Below the pieces are notes generated by a model. It was not told the origin of the DNA and did no database searches. It worked only from the letters and a program-made list of their open reading frames with translations. Shown piece by piece: positions 47,781-57,556 of a DNA stretch of 64,000 nucleotides. The translations under genes were made by a program, and so were the position numbers. Positions within the stretch are counted from its first letter, which is position 1. Each line of letters starts with the position of its first letter. Origin of the DNA: Gloeobacterales cyanobacterium (GTDB lineage Bacteria > Cyanobacteriota > Cyanobacteriia > Gloeobacterales > PMM-0068); assembly GCA_038245785.1 (NCBI GenBank), contig JBBRSB010000002.1, forward strand, positions 256,001-320,000. The letters run 5' to 3'.

Positions 47781-48653
47781 ATGACAGATCTAACAGTTCA
47801 AGACCATCTAAACGAGTGCATCGATGAATGGCTGGATTATCTAACCGTAGAGCGTGGGCTCAGCGACCATACAATTCAGGCCTATCAGAAAGATTTACGA
47901 GATTTCGCTGCATTTTTGGCAGACCAAGACTGGACCAAAATGGAACGGGGTGGCTTGAGCCGTTTCCTCCGCTATCTGCATGGACAGCGAATTAGTCCCC
48001 GCTCGATGGTGCGCAAACTGGCGGCGGTGCGTTCTTTCTATCGTTTTGGAAATCGTCAGGGCTGGGTCGAAGCCAATCCTGCCGCTGAATTGAATCTCCC
48101 TAAAACAGGACAGGCGCTACCGAGTGTACTCACTGTAGAAGAAATGGAGAAAATGCTAGATTCCTGTGCCACTTCACTGGAACGGGCGGTACTGGAATTG
48201 TTCTACGGCTGCGGTTTGCGCGTTTCTGAATTATGCAGCCTCCGCCACGAAGACCTTAATCTGGAGGGTGGCTATCTGCGTTGTCTGGGCAAAGGAGATA
48301 AAGAACGGGTTGTTCCAATGGGAGAAGAAGCCCAAGACGCGATCCAGGCCTATCTCTCCAAAAAAGCACCTTTCAAATCTGGAGATTTCCTCTTCCATAC
48401 CGAAAAGCAAAAAAACTTTAATCGTTTCACTGCCTATCGCTTGATTCAAACCTGCGCCGAGCGTGCCCAAATTAACCAAAAAATTAGTCCACACACTTTG
48501 CGCCACAGTTTTGCAACCCATCTTTTAGAAGGCGGAGCCGATCTGCGCGTCGTCCAAGAACTGCTCGGACACGCCAATATCACCACCACTCAGCTCTATA
48601 CCCACGTTTCCCGCGCCAGAATTCGCAAGGTGTACGATGAGGCCCGTCGGTAA
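47781..48653 (+). CDS. xerD: Tyrosine recombinase XerD-like
   Basis: ERGLSDHTIQAY, GLRVSEL, GKGDKER, SPHTLRHSFATHLL, LGHANITTTQLY. Confidence 0.88.
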   Translation: MTDLTVQDHLNECIDEWLDYLTVERGLSDHTIQAYQKDLRDFAAFLADQDWTKMERGGLSRFLRYLHGQRISPRSMVRKLAAVRSFYRFGNRQGWVEANPAAELNLPKTGQALPSVLTVEEMEKMLDSCATSLERAVLELFYGCGLRVSELCSLRHEDLNLEGGYLRCLGKGDKERVVPMGEEAQDAIQAYLSKKAPFKSGDFLFHTEKQKNFNRFTAYRLIQTCAERAQINQKISPHTLRHSFATHLLEGGADLRVVQELLGHANITTTQLYTHVSRARIRKVYDEARR

Positions 48654-48797
48654 ACCAACAAAACAAAATTGATGTGTTATGATGATCGGTGTGGACACTA
48701 AACCAAATAACTGATTTGCGGAGAAAAAATTAAATAATGTACAAACCATACAAGGAGGGAGCTCGAATCATGTACACATTTAATTTAGGAATCGTTT

Positions 48798-49220
48798 ATG
48801 ACCATTCCTCCGTTCAATTCCGATGGCAATCTCCCCCTGGGGATTCATTCTGCTACTTGGCAAGAGTTTGTTAATTATTTGGGGTTTACAGATAGACGAC
48901 AGGAACTTCTTCTTGGCTTAAAGTCTGTCTTATCTCAACTTAAAAAAGTTAACTGCAGAGTAGTTTATATCGGGGGCAGTTTTGTAACAAGCAAAGCAGA
49001 ACCTGGTGACTTCGACGGTTTTTGGGATCCTACGTATGTCGATTTAGTCGAGCTAGAGAAGAATGCTCCTGAGCTGCTTAGGAGTGATCGTAAAGTTCAG
49101 AAGGCAAAGTATGGGGGTGAACTGTTTGCGGACATGGCATTCCTAAAAGCATTCGATAAAGATAGAGAAAAAAGAGAGAAGGGCATCGTTGCCATTGATT
49201 TAGAGAGCTTACCACCATGA
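48798..49220 (+). CDS. Pol-beta-like nucleotidyltransferase (DUF6932-like), copy 1
   Basis: IPPFNSDGNLPLGIH; IGGSFVTSKAEPGDFD (GS...DxD); C-terminal KGIVAID. Confidence 0.7.
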   Translation: MTIPPFNSDGNLPLGIHSATWQEFVNYLGFTDRRQELLLGLKSVLSQLKKVNCRVVYIGGSFVTSKAEPGDFDGFWDPTYVDLVELEKNAPELLRSDRKVQKAKYGGELFADMAFLKAFDKDREKREKGIVAIDLESLPP

Positions 49221-49684
49221 TCAAAAATGAACGACAATATCGCATTACAAAGGCTGAAGCGGAGAAGTTTGAGCTCACCTTAGCAAAGTTGAGTGAAACT
49301 TTGCCTCAGAGTGAGGAAGTTCCCCCCCTTCTTCTGCAAGTAAAAAAAGATGCTCTACAGAGTTATCTAGATTCCCTACGTGAAGATATAGAAGAGTACG
49401 AGCTACTTCAGTCTGGCCAACAACCCATGCTTGAACTTCAATCTTTAGATGAACTCCCAAAAAGTCTTATCAGGGCGCGGATTGCCGCAGGGCTTACTCA
49501 GAAAGAGCTTGCTGCTCGACTTGGGTTACCAGAACAGCAGGTACAGCGCTATGAAGCGACAGAGTATGCTTCCGCGAATCTCACAAGAGTGTTAGAGGTA
49601 ACTCATGCTCTAGGGATGAAGGTTATAGAAAAGTTTCTCGTCTCTGTGACTCCTGTTCCGCGACAAGGGACAGAAAGTACTTAG
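49217..49684 (+). CDS. Helical N-terminus + XRE HTH protein, copy 1
   Basis: MIKNERQYRITK; RIAAGLTQKELAARLG..EQQVQRYE; ATGA overlap. Confidence 0.85.
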   Translation: MIKNERQYRITKAEAEKFELTLAKLSETLPQSEEVPPLLLQVKKDALQSYLDSLREDIEEYELLQSGQQPMLELQSLDELPKSLIRARIAAGLTQKELAARLGLPEQQVQRYEATEYASANLTRVLEVTHALGMKVIEKFLVSVTPVPRQGTEST

Positions 49685-50979
49685 TTGACACTCCCCGCTC
49701 TGAAGAGACGGGGATTCTTGCTTCTCGCCTCCGGCTGCCGGACACAACGAGCTAACTTTCTGGGCTAAGCTCTCGCTTAATCCAAAAGAGGTCTGCTCTC
49801 CACAAGCTTGAAATTCCCTATGCCCTAGGGTATTTACTGCCTCAATGCCCCTACGGGGCGCAGTACCTTGTATTCCTTGCTTGACAGTAGAACACGTCAT
49901 GCCTTTATTTAGGATATTGATAGCTGCCGCATGGTCCCGATGCAGTCGCAATCCACAAGCACATTGATGGGTGCGCGTAGATAGCGCCTTCTTGACTCTC
50001 GCATTACACCCAGGACAATCCTGAGATGTATATTGCGGCGGCACAGCTATCACCTGTATCTGATGGAGTTTCCCAAAGTAGTCCACCCACTGTGTGAACT
50101 GCCCCCAGGAGGCATCCGAGATAGACTTAGCTAGATGATGGTTCTTGACCATATTGCGTACTTGAAGATTCTCGTAGACTACCAAATCGTTAGATTGGAC
50201 GGGCGCCCTTGCTGCCTTCACGGCAAAGTCTTTACGCTGTCTAGAGACCTTCAAGTGCTTGTGGGCCATGCCCTGAATCGCTTTTCTTCTATTGCTGGAC
50301 CCTTTCTTTTTCTTGGATAACCTCCGTTGTAGTCGCTTCAAGCTCTTCTCTGACTTGCGTAGCAGTCTAGGATTTTCTACTTGTACCCCATTAGAATCGG
50401 TATAGAAAGATTCAAGGCCAAGGTCTATACCGACCACTAAGCCGTTGTACTCATGCTTCTCAGTACGCTCAATATCCACACAGAATTGCGCATAATAGCC
50501 ATCGGCACGACGCACGACCCTAACTCTTTTAATTTGAGCCAGTGCATAGAGACTTAAATCTCTAGTACCTTTGAGCTTGAATTTTCCAGCCTCAAAACCA
50601 TCAGTGAATGTGATAGCTTTTCTATCATCTGAGAGTTTCCAGCCTGAGGTTTTATATCTACAGAGTGGCCCCGTTTCTTGAATCGAGGAAATCCTTTCTT
50701 TCCTGCTTTAGCTGATTTGCAATTAGCATAGAATCGGCTGATAGAAAACCAAGCACGCTCAGCGCTGGCCTGTCTAGCCATTGAGTTGAGCTTTTTGGCC
50801 CACTCAAACTCTTTGGCTAAGACAGCACATAAAGCAGACAGTTCTTTCTTTCCAACACCTTTATTATCTTGCCAAAATCTAAGAGCTTTATTGCGGACGA
50901 AATTAGCAGTGCGGATGGCTTCATCAAGTTCAGCGAACTGCTGTTTTTGTCCTCTCAACTTGGCTTCTAGAACTAGCAT
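49610..50979 (-). pseudogene. tnpB: RNA-guided endonuclease TnpB, frameshifted
   Basis: One base missing near 50656 (restores HSVEYKTSGWKL). RuvC GIDLG, YENL, RDHAAAINI and zinc finger present; reading frame runs past the right end. Confidence 0.88.
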
Positions 50980-51072
50980 TTATTGATTATAGCCTAACAG
51001 CAACTAAAAAAGTCGTTCTGAAGTGGTCCCTGAGCTTGTCGAAGGGAACGAGGCTTTAAACCCATTTTTTTG
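49685..51072 (-). mobile_element. tnpB-only IS200/IS605-family element, degenerate
   Basis: Minus-strand left end TTAC|CAAAAAAATGGGTTTAAAGCCTCGTTC..GAACGACTTT; right end TCCCCGTCTCTTCAGAGCGGGGAGTGTCAA; no tnpA. Confidence 0.85.
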
Positions 51073-51131
51073 GTAACTAGGACCGTTTCTGCGTACTATG
51101 AAACTCAACTTCTAGCGCGTAGAGAAGAGCT

Positions 51132-51557
51132 ATGACCATTCCTTCTTTTAGTTCCAATGGAAATCTCTGCGAAGGGATCCACCAAACTACATGGCAAGAG
51201 TTTGCAAACCATTTTGGATTTACAACGAAACAACAGCAAATCCTTCTTGGCTTAAAATCGGCCTTGCTAGAACTCAAGCAAACTAATTGCAAAGTAGTTT
51301 ATATCGGTGGCAGTTTTATCACAAATAAGCCAGAGCCCAATGGTTTTGATGGCTGCTGGGATCCTCTAGGCGTCGACTTAGCGGCCTTAGGAAGAAATGC
51401 ACCCACTTTACTTAAGTTAATAGATCAGGAAGAGCAAAAAGCTGAATATGGTGGTGTATTATTCCCTTCCATGGATTTTGAAGAATTTTTCCAACAAGAT
51501 AGAGAAGGGAATCCAAAAGGCATCGTTGCAATTGATCTAAATAGTCTTTCATCATGA
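51132..51557 (+). CDS. Pol-beta-like nucleotidyltransferase (DUF6932-like), copy 2
   Basis: Paralogue of 48798..49220; motif reads IGGSF...PNGFD (first Asp replaced). Confidence 0.7.
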   Translation: MTIPSFSSNGNLCEGIHQTTWQEFANHFGFTTKQQQILLGLKSALLELKQTNCKVVYIGGSFITNKPEPNGFDGCWDPLGVDLAALGRNAPTLLKLIDQEEQKAEYGGVLFPSMDFEEFFQQDREGNPKGIVAIDLNSLSS

Positions 51558-51991
51558 TTAAAAATGAACATCAATATCAAATTACTAAAGCCGCTGCCGA
51601 GAAATTTGAAGCGGCACTAGCAAGGTTAACGGAATCTGCTCAAAAGAGTGGTGCACCCCAGGCGCTACTCTGGCATGTACAAAAAGATGCACTCCAAAGT
51701 CAACTAGCTCAATTGCACGCTGAGATTGAAGAGTACGAATTACTAAGTTCAGGAAAACAGTCTGTCCTTGAGCTTCAATCCTTAGAAGAACTTCCCTTCA
51801 GCCTGATCAAAGCACGCATTGCCGCCGGACTTACCCAAAAAGACCTAGCGAATCGACTCGGTTTACCCGAGCAACAAGTACAACGCTACGAAGCCAATGA
51901 CTATGCTTCCGCTAATTTTTCAAGAGTGCTCGAAGTATCCCGAGCGCTTGGAATTAAGGTCGTTGAAAAGTTCCATATCTCCGTATCTTGA
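51554..51991 (+). CDS. Helical N-terminus + XRE HTH protein, copy 2
   Basis: Paralogue of 49217..49684. Confidence 0.85.
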   Translation: MIKNEHQYQITKAAAEKFEAALARLTESAQKSGAPQALLWHVQKDALQSQLAQLHAEIEEYELLSSGKQSVLELQSLEELPFSLIKARIAAGLTQKDLANRLGLPEQQVQRYEANDYASANFSRVLEVSRALGIKVVEKFHISVS

Positions 51992-52083
51992 GTTTCCCTC
52001 CTTTCAGGAGTCTTACCTTCAATAAGTAGTTAAATAGCTAATGGTATATACTATGATATATGTAAATAGCTAAGGAGGGGGCT

Positions 52084-52326
52084 ATGGCTCAAGTTGCCAA
52101 GATATTTCTGAATGGACGCAGCCAAGCAGTAAGGTTGCCGTCTGCTTATCGGTTCGACTGCAAAGAAGTCTATATCCGTCGAGATCCAGAGACTGGGGAT
52201 GTGATCCTCTCACGCAAGCCAGGAACATGGAAGGACTTCTTCGAGTTGGTGAAAGACGCCGATGTACCTGACGACTTTATGGCTGACCGCCAGGATGCTC
52301 CACCCCAGACGCGAGATTTGTTTTGA
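52084..52326 (+). CDS. vapB: VapB antitoxin (AbrB/MazE fold)
   Basis: AKIFLNGRSQAVRLP; AAGGAGG RBS. Confidence 0.92.
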   Translation: MAQVAKIFLNGRSQAVRLPSAYRFDCKEVYIRRDPETGDVILSRKPGTWKDFFELVKDADVPDDFMADRQDAPPQTRDLF

Positions 52327-52736
52327 TGGTGGAAGTAGGCTATATGCTCGACACGAACACGGCAAGCTACATCATCAAAGGCAACGTTCCCTCAGTGCGG
52401 GAGCGGCTGCTTCGTATACCCATGGCCCAAATATGTATCTCAACAGTGACCCAAGCCGAGCTACTGTTTGGGGTAGCCAAGAAACCCGAGGCAACACGGC
52501 TTAAAACCGTTGTCCATGAATTCCTGCTGCGGGTTGAGATACTGCCTTGGGATTGTGAAGCGGCACAGGAATACGCTGAAATTCGTGCCTATCTTGAGCG
52601 AGACGGTAAGCCGATGGGAAATATGGATATGATGATTGCGGCCCACGCGTTGGCTAGTAAGGCTGTTCTTGTGACGAATGACCAAGCCTTTTGGCACATT
52701 GAACGCATGTGTCTAGAAGACTGGACCAAGCCTTAG
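52326..52736 (+). CDS. vapC: VapC PIN toxin
   Basis: YMLDTN, AELLFG, DMMIAAHAL, LVTND. Confidence 0.93.
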   Translation: MVEVGYMLDTNTASYIIKGNVPSVRERLLRIPMAQICISTVTQAELLFGVAKKPEATRLKTVVHEFLLRVEILPWDCEAAQEYAEIRAYLERDGKPMGNMDMMIAAHALASKAVLVTNDQAFWHIERMCLEDWTKP

Positions 52737-52785
52737 ACGAAGGTGCCAATGTTCGTCATCGCGAGACCATGCTTAGTCCAAACTT

Positions 52786-54699
52786 CTACGATTCAATCTC
52801 TGCCAATTCTAGCCAGCGCTCTGTAGCTATTTCGATTGATTGGTTCAGAGATTCTAGTTTTTCATAGAGTGCTTGCACTTCCACAAAGTCACTAGGAGGT
52901 GAAGTGAGGACTTGCTCTATCTCAGCCTTTTGAACTTCTATTTCAGCAATCTTTCCTTCAAGGGTGTCAAATTCACGTTTTTCTTTATTAGAAAGCTTAC
53001 GAACTTTTTGGGCAGGAGGTAATGCCAGAGCTTCGCTTGGTTTCGCTTTTGAACTATTACCCGTAGCCGTAGAACTAGACGATTTTTCCTCTGCCTTTTT
53101 GAAATCTAGATAGGTGGAATAGTTTCCCGGATATTGACGGAGTGTCCCTCCAGGTTCAAAAGCAAAAATCGTATCTACAACGCGGTCTAAGAAATAACGG
53201 TCATGGGATACCACCAGAACACAGCCAGCAAAATCTTCTAGATATTCTTCAAGAACAGAAAGCGTCTGTACGTCGAGATCATTGGTCGGTTCATCCAGAA
53301 TCAAAACATTCGGGGCACCCATCAGCACACGTAACAGAAATAGACGGCGCTTCTCCCCACCAGAGAGATTTTCAACGGGCGCATACTGTTGGCTGCCTGG
53401 AAACAAAAATCGCTCCAGCATTTGAGAGGCACTGATTTGGCTACCATCGGCAATTTTGATAAATTCGCCTTCTTCTTTGATGTAGTCAATCACCCGTTGC
53501 TTATCATTCATCGCAGTGAATAAGGCTTCTGAATTTTGGTCAAAGTAACCGATATGAATCGTACTGCCAATATCAACTTTTCCAGAATCCGGTTGCAGAC
53601 GGCCTGTAATGATATCCATTAGGGTGGATTTGCCGACCCCATTACCGCCAATAATTCCAATGCGGTCTTCAGGACTAAATTCATAGGTGAAGTTCTTAAT
53701 GAAGGTGCGCCCTTCGTAGGCTTTGGAAACATTGGTCAGTTCAATAACCTTTTTGCCCATACGGCGGGTAGGCGTAGCAATATCCACCTTGCCATGAGCC
53801 TGCTTAAACTCTGTATCTCTCAACGCATGAGCCCGTTCAATCCGCGCTTTTTGTTTTGTACTCCGAGCTTTAGGTCCTTTCTTTAGCCACTCCAATTCGC
53901 GACGCAGAATGCCCTGATGTTTCCGCTGCGTACTCGCTGCCGACTCTTCCGCCAAGGCTTTCTTTTCTAAGTAATAGGAGTAATTGCCGTTGTAGGGATA
54001 GAGGTCTCCTCGGTCAATTTCAAAAATCCGATTGGTGACCTGGTCCAAAAAATAGCGGTCGTGGGTTATCAGTAAGATCGCACCCCGATAGCGATTCAAA
54101 TAATTTTGTAACCACTCCACCGATAGGGCATCTAAATGGTTAGTCGGCTCATCCATCAGCAAGGCATCGGGTTCAGAGAGCAGTGCCGCCGCCAACGCGA
54201 CCCGCTTACGATATCCACCCGATAACGTTCCAATCCGGGCATCCATATCTTCAATGCCCAGCTTAGTGAGGATGATTTTGGCCTTCGTCTCCAGTTCCCA
54301 TGCTCCACAGGTATCCATCCGATGAGCAATCTCAGAGAGACGCGCACTCAAGGTCGCATTTTCAGGATCGTGTACCAGTTGAGCTGAGATTTGCTCATAG
54401 TCACGGACCAGATTCATGTCTTCGCCACTATCGGCAAACACCTGTTCCAGAACGGTATGGTTCTCGTCCAAGTCAGGGTCTTGCGGTAGATACACGGTCC
54501 GAATCCCAGAGTTGACCAGAATCTGACCGCCATCAGGCGGCTCCAGACCGGCAATCATTTTCAGGAGGGTGGATTTGCCAGAACCGTTGGTACCGATAAG
54601 GCCGACCTTATCGGTAATATCCAAGCTGAAGCTGGCCTGATTTAACAGGGTCTTGAGACCAAACTGTTTTTGGACTGATTGCAAAGTAACGATGCTCAT
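52786..54699 (-). CDS. ABC-F ATPase (Uup-like)
   Basis: Two NBDs (GTNGSGKST, GGNGVGKST; LSGG; DEPTN), no TM, C-terminal coiled coil ending ERWLEL. Confidence 0.92.
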   Translation of the reverse strand: MSIVTLQSVQKQFGLKTLLNQASFSLDITDKVGLIGTNGSGKSTLLKMIAGLEPPDGGQILVNSGIRTVYLPQDPDLDENHTVLEQVFADSGEDMNLVRDYEQISAQLVHDPENATLSARLSEIAHRMDTCGAWELETKAKIILTKLGIEDMDARIGTLSGGYRKRVALAAALLSEPDALLMDEPTNHLDALSVEWLQNYLNRYRGAILLITHDRYFLDQVTNRIFEIDRGDLYPYNGNYSYYLEKKALAEESAASTQRKHQGILRRELEWLKKGPKARSTKQKARIERAHALRDTEFKQAHGKVDIATPTRRMGKKVIELTNVSKAYEGRTFIKNFTYEFSPEDRIGIIGGNGVGKSTLMDIITGRLQPDSGKVDIGSTIHIGYFDQNSEALFTAMNDKQRVIDYIKEEGEFIKIADGSQISASQMLERFLFPGSQQYAPVENLSGGEKRRLFLLRVLMGAPNVLILDEPTNDLDVQTLSVLEEYLEDFAGCVLVVSHDRYFLDRVVDTIFAFEPGGTLRQYPGNYSTYLDFKKAEEKSSSSTATGNSSKAKPSEALALPPAQKVRKLSNKEKREFDTLEGKIAEIEVQKAEIEQVLTSPPSDFVEVQALYEKLESLNQSIEIATERWLELAEIES

Positions 54700-54717
54700 C
54701 AGTCCTATTATCGCGGA

Positions 54718-55833
54718 CTATGTCAGCTCGATGCCTTCTAAATATTCCCGAACCTTTTGCAGGCGTTGAGGATGACGCAATTTACGAAGCGCTCTTGCTT
54801 CAATTTGGCGGATGCGCTCGCGGGTTAGGGTAAAGTGCTGACCGACTTCATCCAAGGTGCGGGTGCGACCATCGGCCAAACCATAGCGTAGACGCAATAC
54901 ATCCCGTTCACGGGGGGTAAGGGTTTGCAGAAGAGATTCTAAATCTTGCCGCATCAAGGAGCGGATCAGATCCTGCTCAGGCATATCGCCTTGAGCCTGA
55001 ATCAAGTCTCCCAACGCAGTGTCTTCTTCGCGTCCGACTGGAGTTTCCAAAGAAACAGGAAGCTGAATCGCCTTGCGGACAAAACGCAACTGCTCCGGCT
55101 CCATTTCTACTGCATCGGCTACTTCCCGCTCCGTTGGCGCACGGCCAAACTGCTGAGATAGCTGACGAGTCACCTTTTTAATCTTGTTTACTTTCTCGAC
55201 GATGTGAACCGGGAGACGAATAGTCCGCGCCTGCATTGCAATCGCACGGGTAATGCCCTGACGAATCCACCAGGTAGCGTAGGTCGAGAACTTAAAGCCT
55301 CGAGTGTGGTCAAACTTCTCTGCGGCTCGGATTAAACCCAAGGTGCCTTCTTGAATTAGGTCCAGTAGAGGCAAACCCCGGCCTTGATATTTCTTGGCAA
55401 CGGAAACCACCAATCGCAGATTCGCCTTGATTAGATGCGCTTTCGCTTTTTTACCTTCATGGACCCTGCGGCGATATTCTGGAACCGTCAGCTTTAACAC
55501 TTCAGACATCTCCGCATCCGTGGGCGTACGCTCCAACTCAGCTTTTAAGGTGAGTCTGGACTCTTCTACGACCAACCAATCAGCAATCCGACGGGCTAAT
55601 TCAATCTCTTCTGAAGCTTTGAGCAAAGGGACACGGCCAATCTCTTGGAGATACATCCGAATCAAATCATCCGTTCCCGATTTTGCGGCAGGGCGGGCAC
55701 TGAGCTCACCTTCCACAACCACAGTGCGCTCAGGCTCTTCCGTAAGAGACTCTAAAACATCTAACTCTTCTAATTCAGGGGGCTGGAATTGCTCTGGCCC
55801 GAGCGCCTGATTCCAGATAGGATTGGTGGTCAT
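54718..55833 (-). CDS. Sigma-70 factor, probably group 2
   Basis: IRMYLQEIGRVPLL, ANLRLVVSVAKKY, YATWWIRQGITRAIA, TRERIRQIE. Confidence 0.9.
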   Translation of the reverse strand: MTTNPIWNQALGPEQFQPPELEELDVLESLTEEPERTVVVEGELSARPAAKSGTDDLIRMYLQEIGRVPLLKASEEIELARRIADWLVVEESRLTLKAELERTPTDAEMSEVLKLTVPEYRRRVHEGKKAKAHLIKANLRLVVSVAKKYQGRGLPLLDLIQEGTLGLIRAAEKFDHTRGFKFSTYATWWIRQGITRAIAMQARTIRLPVHIVEKVNKIKKVTRQLSQQFGRAPTEREVADAVEMEPEQLRFVRKAIQLPVSLETPVGREEDTALGDLIQAQGDMPEQDLIRSLMRQDLESLLQTLTPRERDVLRLRYGLADGRTRTLDEVGQHFTLTRERIRQIEARALRKLRHPQRLQKVREYLEGIELT

Positions 55834-56134
55834 ATTGCTAAACTCCTCGCATTTTGAGCAGATAGAATTTCAGGCCATGGATTCAGTATGAGAGCGATAT
55901 TTCGTGGTAGTGGAGGGCTTAACTTTTTTTTCATGACATAGACCTTACCTATAGTGTTCCCACCACAAAAAGACTCTATATCAAGAAGTAAAACTTCCGT
56001 ATCAACCACTACATAAACCACTAGATGTGTAGTTTGCGTTTGCAGATATGTCTATTAATAGCGTTTCCTCCTAAGATTTAGAAGTGGCTCTTAGGAAGAT
56101 ATTATACGCATGGATTTGCGTAATTATACTGAGG

Positions 56135-57457
56135 CTAACTAAATTGGTTTTTGAGCTCTTCTGTTTCTAATTGCAAGGTTTTTATCTCTGATTTGCGTTG
56201 TACTTTGAACGTTACTTTTTCGCCAACACGATGCGCCCCTACTCGTTCTTGTACATCTTTGGCGGTAAGAACCTTAGCATTGTCTACTTCCACGATCACA
56301 TCTCCGGCTAGCAGCCCACCCTTGTCCGCAGGAGATTTAGGAATTACCCGTTGTACCAGGACTCCTTTGTCCAGCACGGGAATTACGAGACTGGCCATCT
56401 CAGAGTCTTCTTTGGGTAGACGAGCGTTGTTGCGTGGATTCTTTTGAGCAGAGATCGCTTTGGCGTTTTCTTTTTCTTCTTTTAGCTGACGGACTACATC
56501 TACAGACAGGGTAACCATCTGGACGCCAATAAAGGGACGGATCACCCTACCATCAGCAATCAAGCGGTCGGTAATGCTCCGAACTTCATCAATCGGGATA
56601 GCAAAACCAATGCCGGAAGCTCCTTGGATAATCGCCGTATTGATGCCCACCACCTGACCATAGATGTTGATCAAGGGACCGCCCGAGTTACCCGGATTGA
56701 TGGCCGCATCGGTTTGAATAAAATCTACGCGCTTGTCGCCAACGCCCACTTCATCACTACCTCGAGCTAAGGCGCTGACAATACCAGCCGTCACGGTATT
56801 CCTCAGGCGCAAGGGGTTTCCTAGGGCAATCACCCATTCACCAGGACGCAGTTTAGCAGAGCTACCTATTTCAACGAAGGGCAAAGAGGCAGGAGCTTGA
56901 ATCCTAATGACCGCGAGGTCTGTGAGGGGGTCTATGCCCCTCACCTTGCCTGTAAAGGTTCGACCATCTTGCAGCGTCACCTTCACTGAATCTGCCCCGT
57001 CTACCACATGGGCATTGGTGAAAATGGTGCCATCTGCAGAGACGATAAAACCTGAGCCGGAACCCCGTTGAAGATTGTTCTTAGGCAGTTTAGGTATGCG
57101 ATTGCCAAAAAATTCTTTAAATAGAGGGTCTAGTTTGTCGAGCGACTCCTCCTGTTCTTGCTTCGTCACTTTCCGCTCGGTGTCTATGGTCACTACGGCT
57201 GGAGATGCTTTTTCTGCGGCATCTGCAATGAAGTTCGGACCGAAAGCGCCTATCGCTCGCTCAACCTTCGCTGACTGGGTCGGGATAGACTGCTGTTCGC
57301 TTTCTACGCTTGTCTGGACCGTCTGAAACTTCTGCGGGGCTGCTTGCGTCGGAGCTCCGTTAAGCTCCCGCACCAGCAGAGAACCAGCCGTGAAACTCCC
57401 TCCTGCAACTGCAGCCATAAGAGCAAGTGTAGATAGGCGTTGTGTCCAGAAGCTCAT
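56135..57457 (-). CDS. HtrA/Deg serine protease with PDZ domain
   Basis: GSGF, TNAHVV, DLAV, DAAINPGNSGGPL; one PDZ. Confidence 0.94.
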   Translation of the reverse strand: MSFWTQRLSTLALMAAVAGGSFTAGSLLVRELNGAPTQAAPQKFQTVQTSVESEQQSIPTQSAKVERAIGAFGPNFIADAAEKASPAVVTIDTERKVTKQEQEESLDKLDPLFKEFFGNRIPKLPKNNLQRGSGSGFIVSADGTIFTNAHVVDGADSVKVTLQDGRTFTGKVRGIDPLTDLAVIRIQAPASLPFVEIGSSAKLRPGEWVIALGNPLRLRNTVTAGIVSALARGSDEVGVGDKRVDFIQTDAAINPGNSGGPLINIYGQVVGINTAIIQGASGIGFAIPIDEVRSITDRLIADGRVIRPFIGVQMVTLSVDVVRQLKEEKENAKAISAQKNPRNNARLPKEDSEMASLVIPVLDKGVLVQRVIPKSPADKGGLLAGDVIVEVDNAKVLTAKDVQERVGAHRVGEKVTFKVQRKSEIKTLQLETEELKNQFS

Positions 57458-57556
57458 AAATCTACTTCACCAGAAAGTGGTCTAGATCAAATTCTAGCTT
57501 TTTCTCTTCTGTTTTCTGTAGGGTATAGATAAGTAGCCATATATCTAAAGCAGCCT

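Noticed and set aside
47781..48653. Phage integrase or integron integrase
   Set aside because: Size and motifs fit housekeeping XerD; no IntI-specific insertion and no phage genes nearby.
50640..50670. Programmed frameshift in tnpB
   Set aside because: No slippery heptamer; a single deletion in a conserved codon plus other lesions indicates decay or sequencing error.
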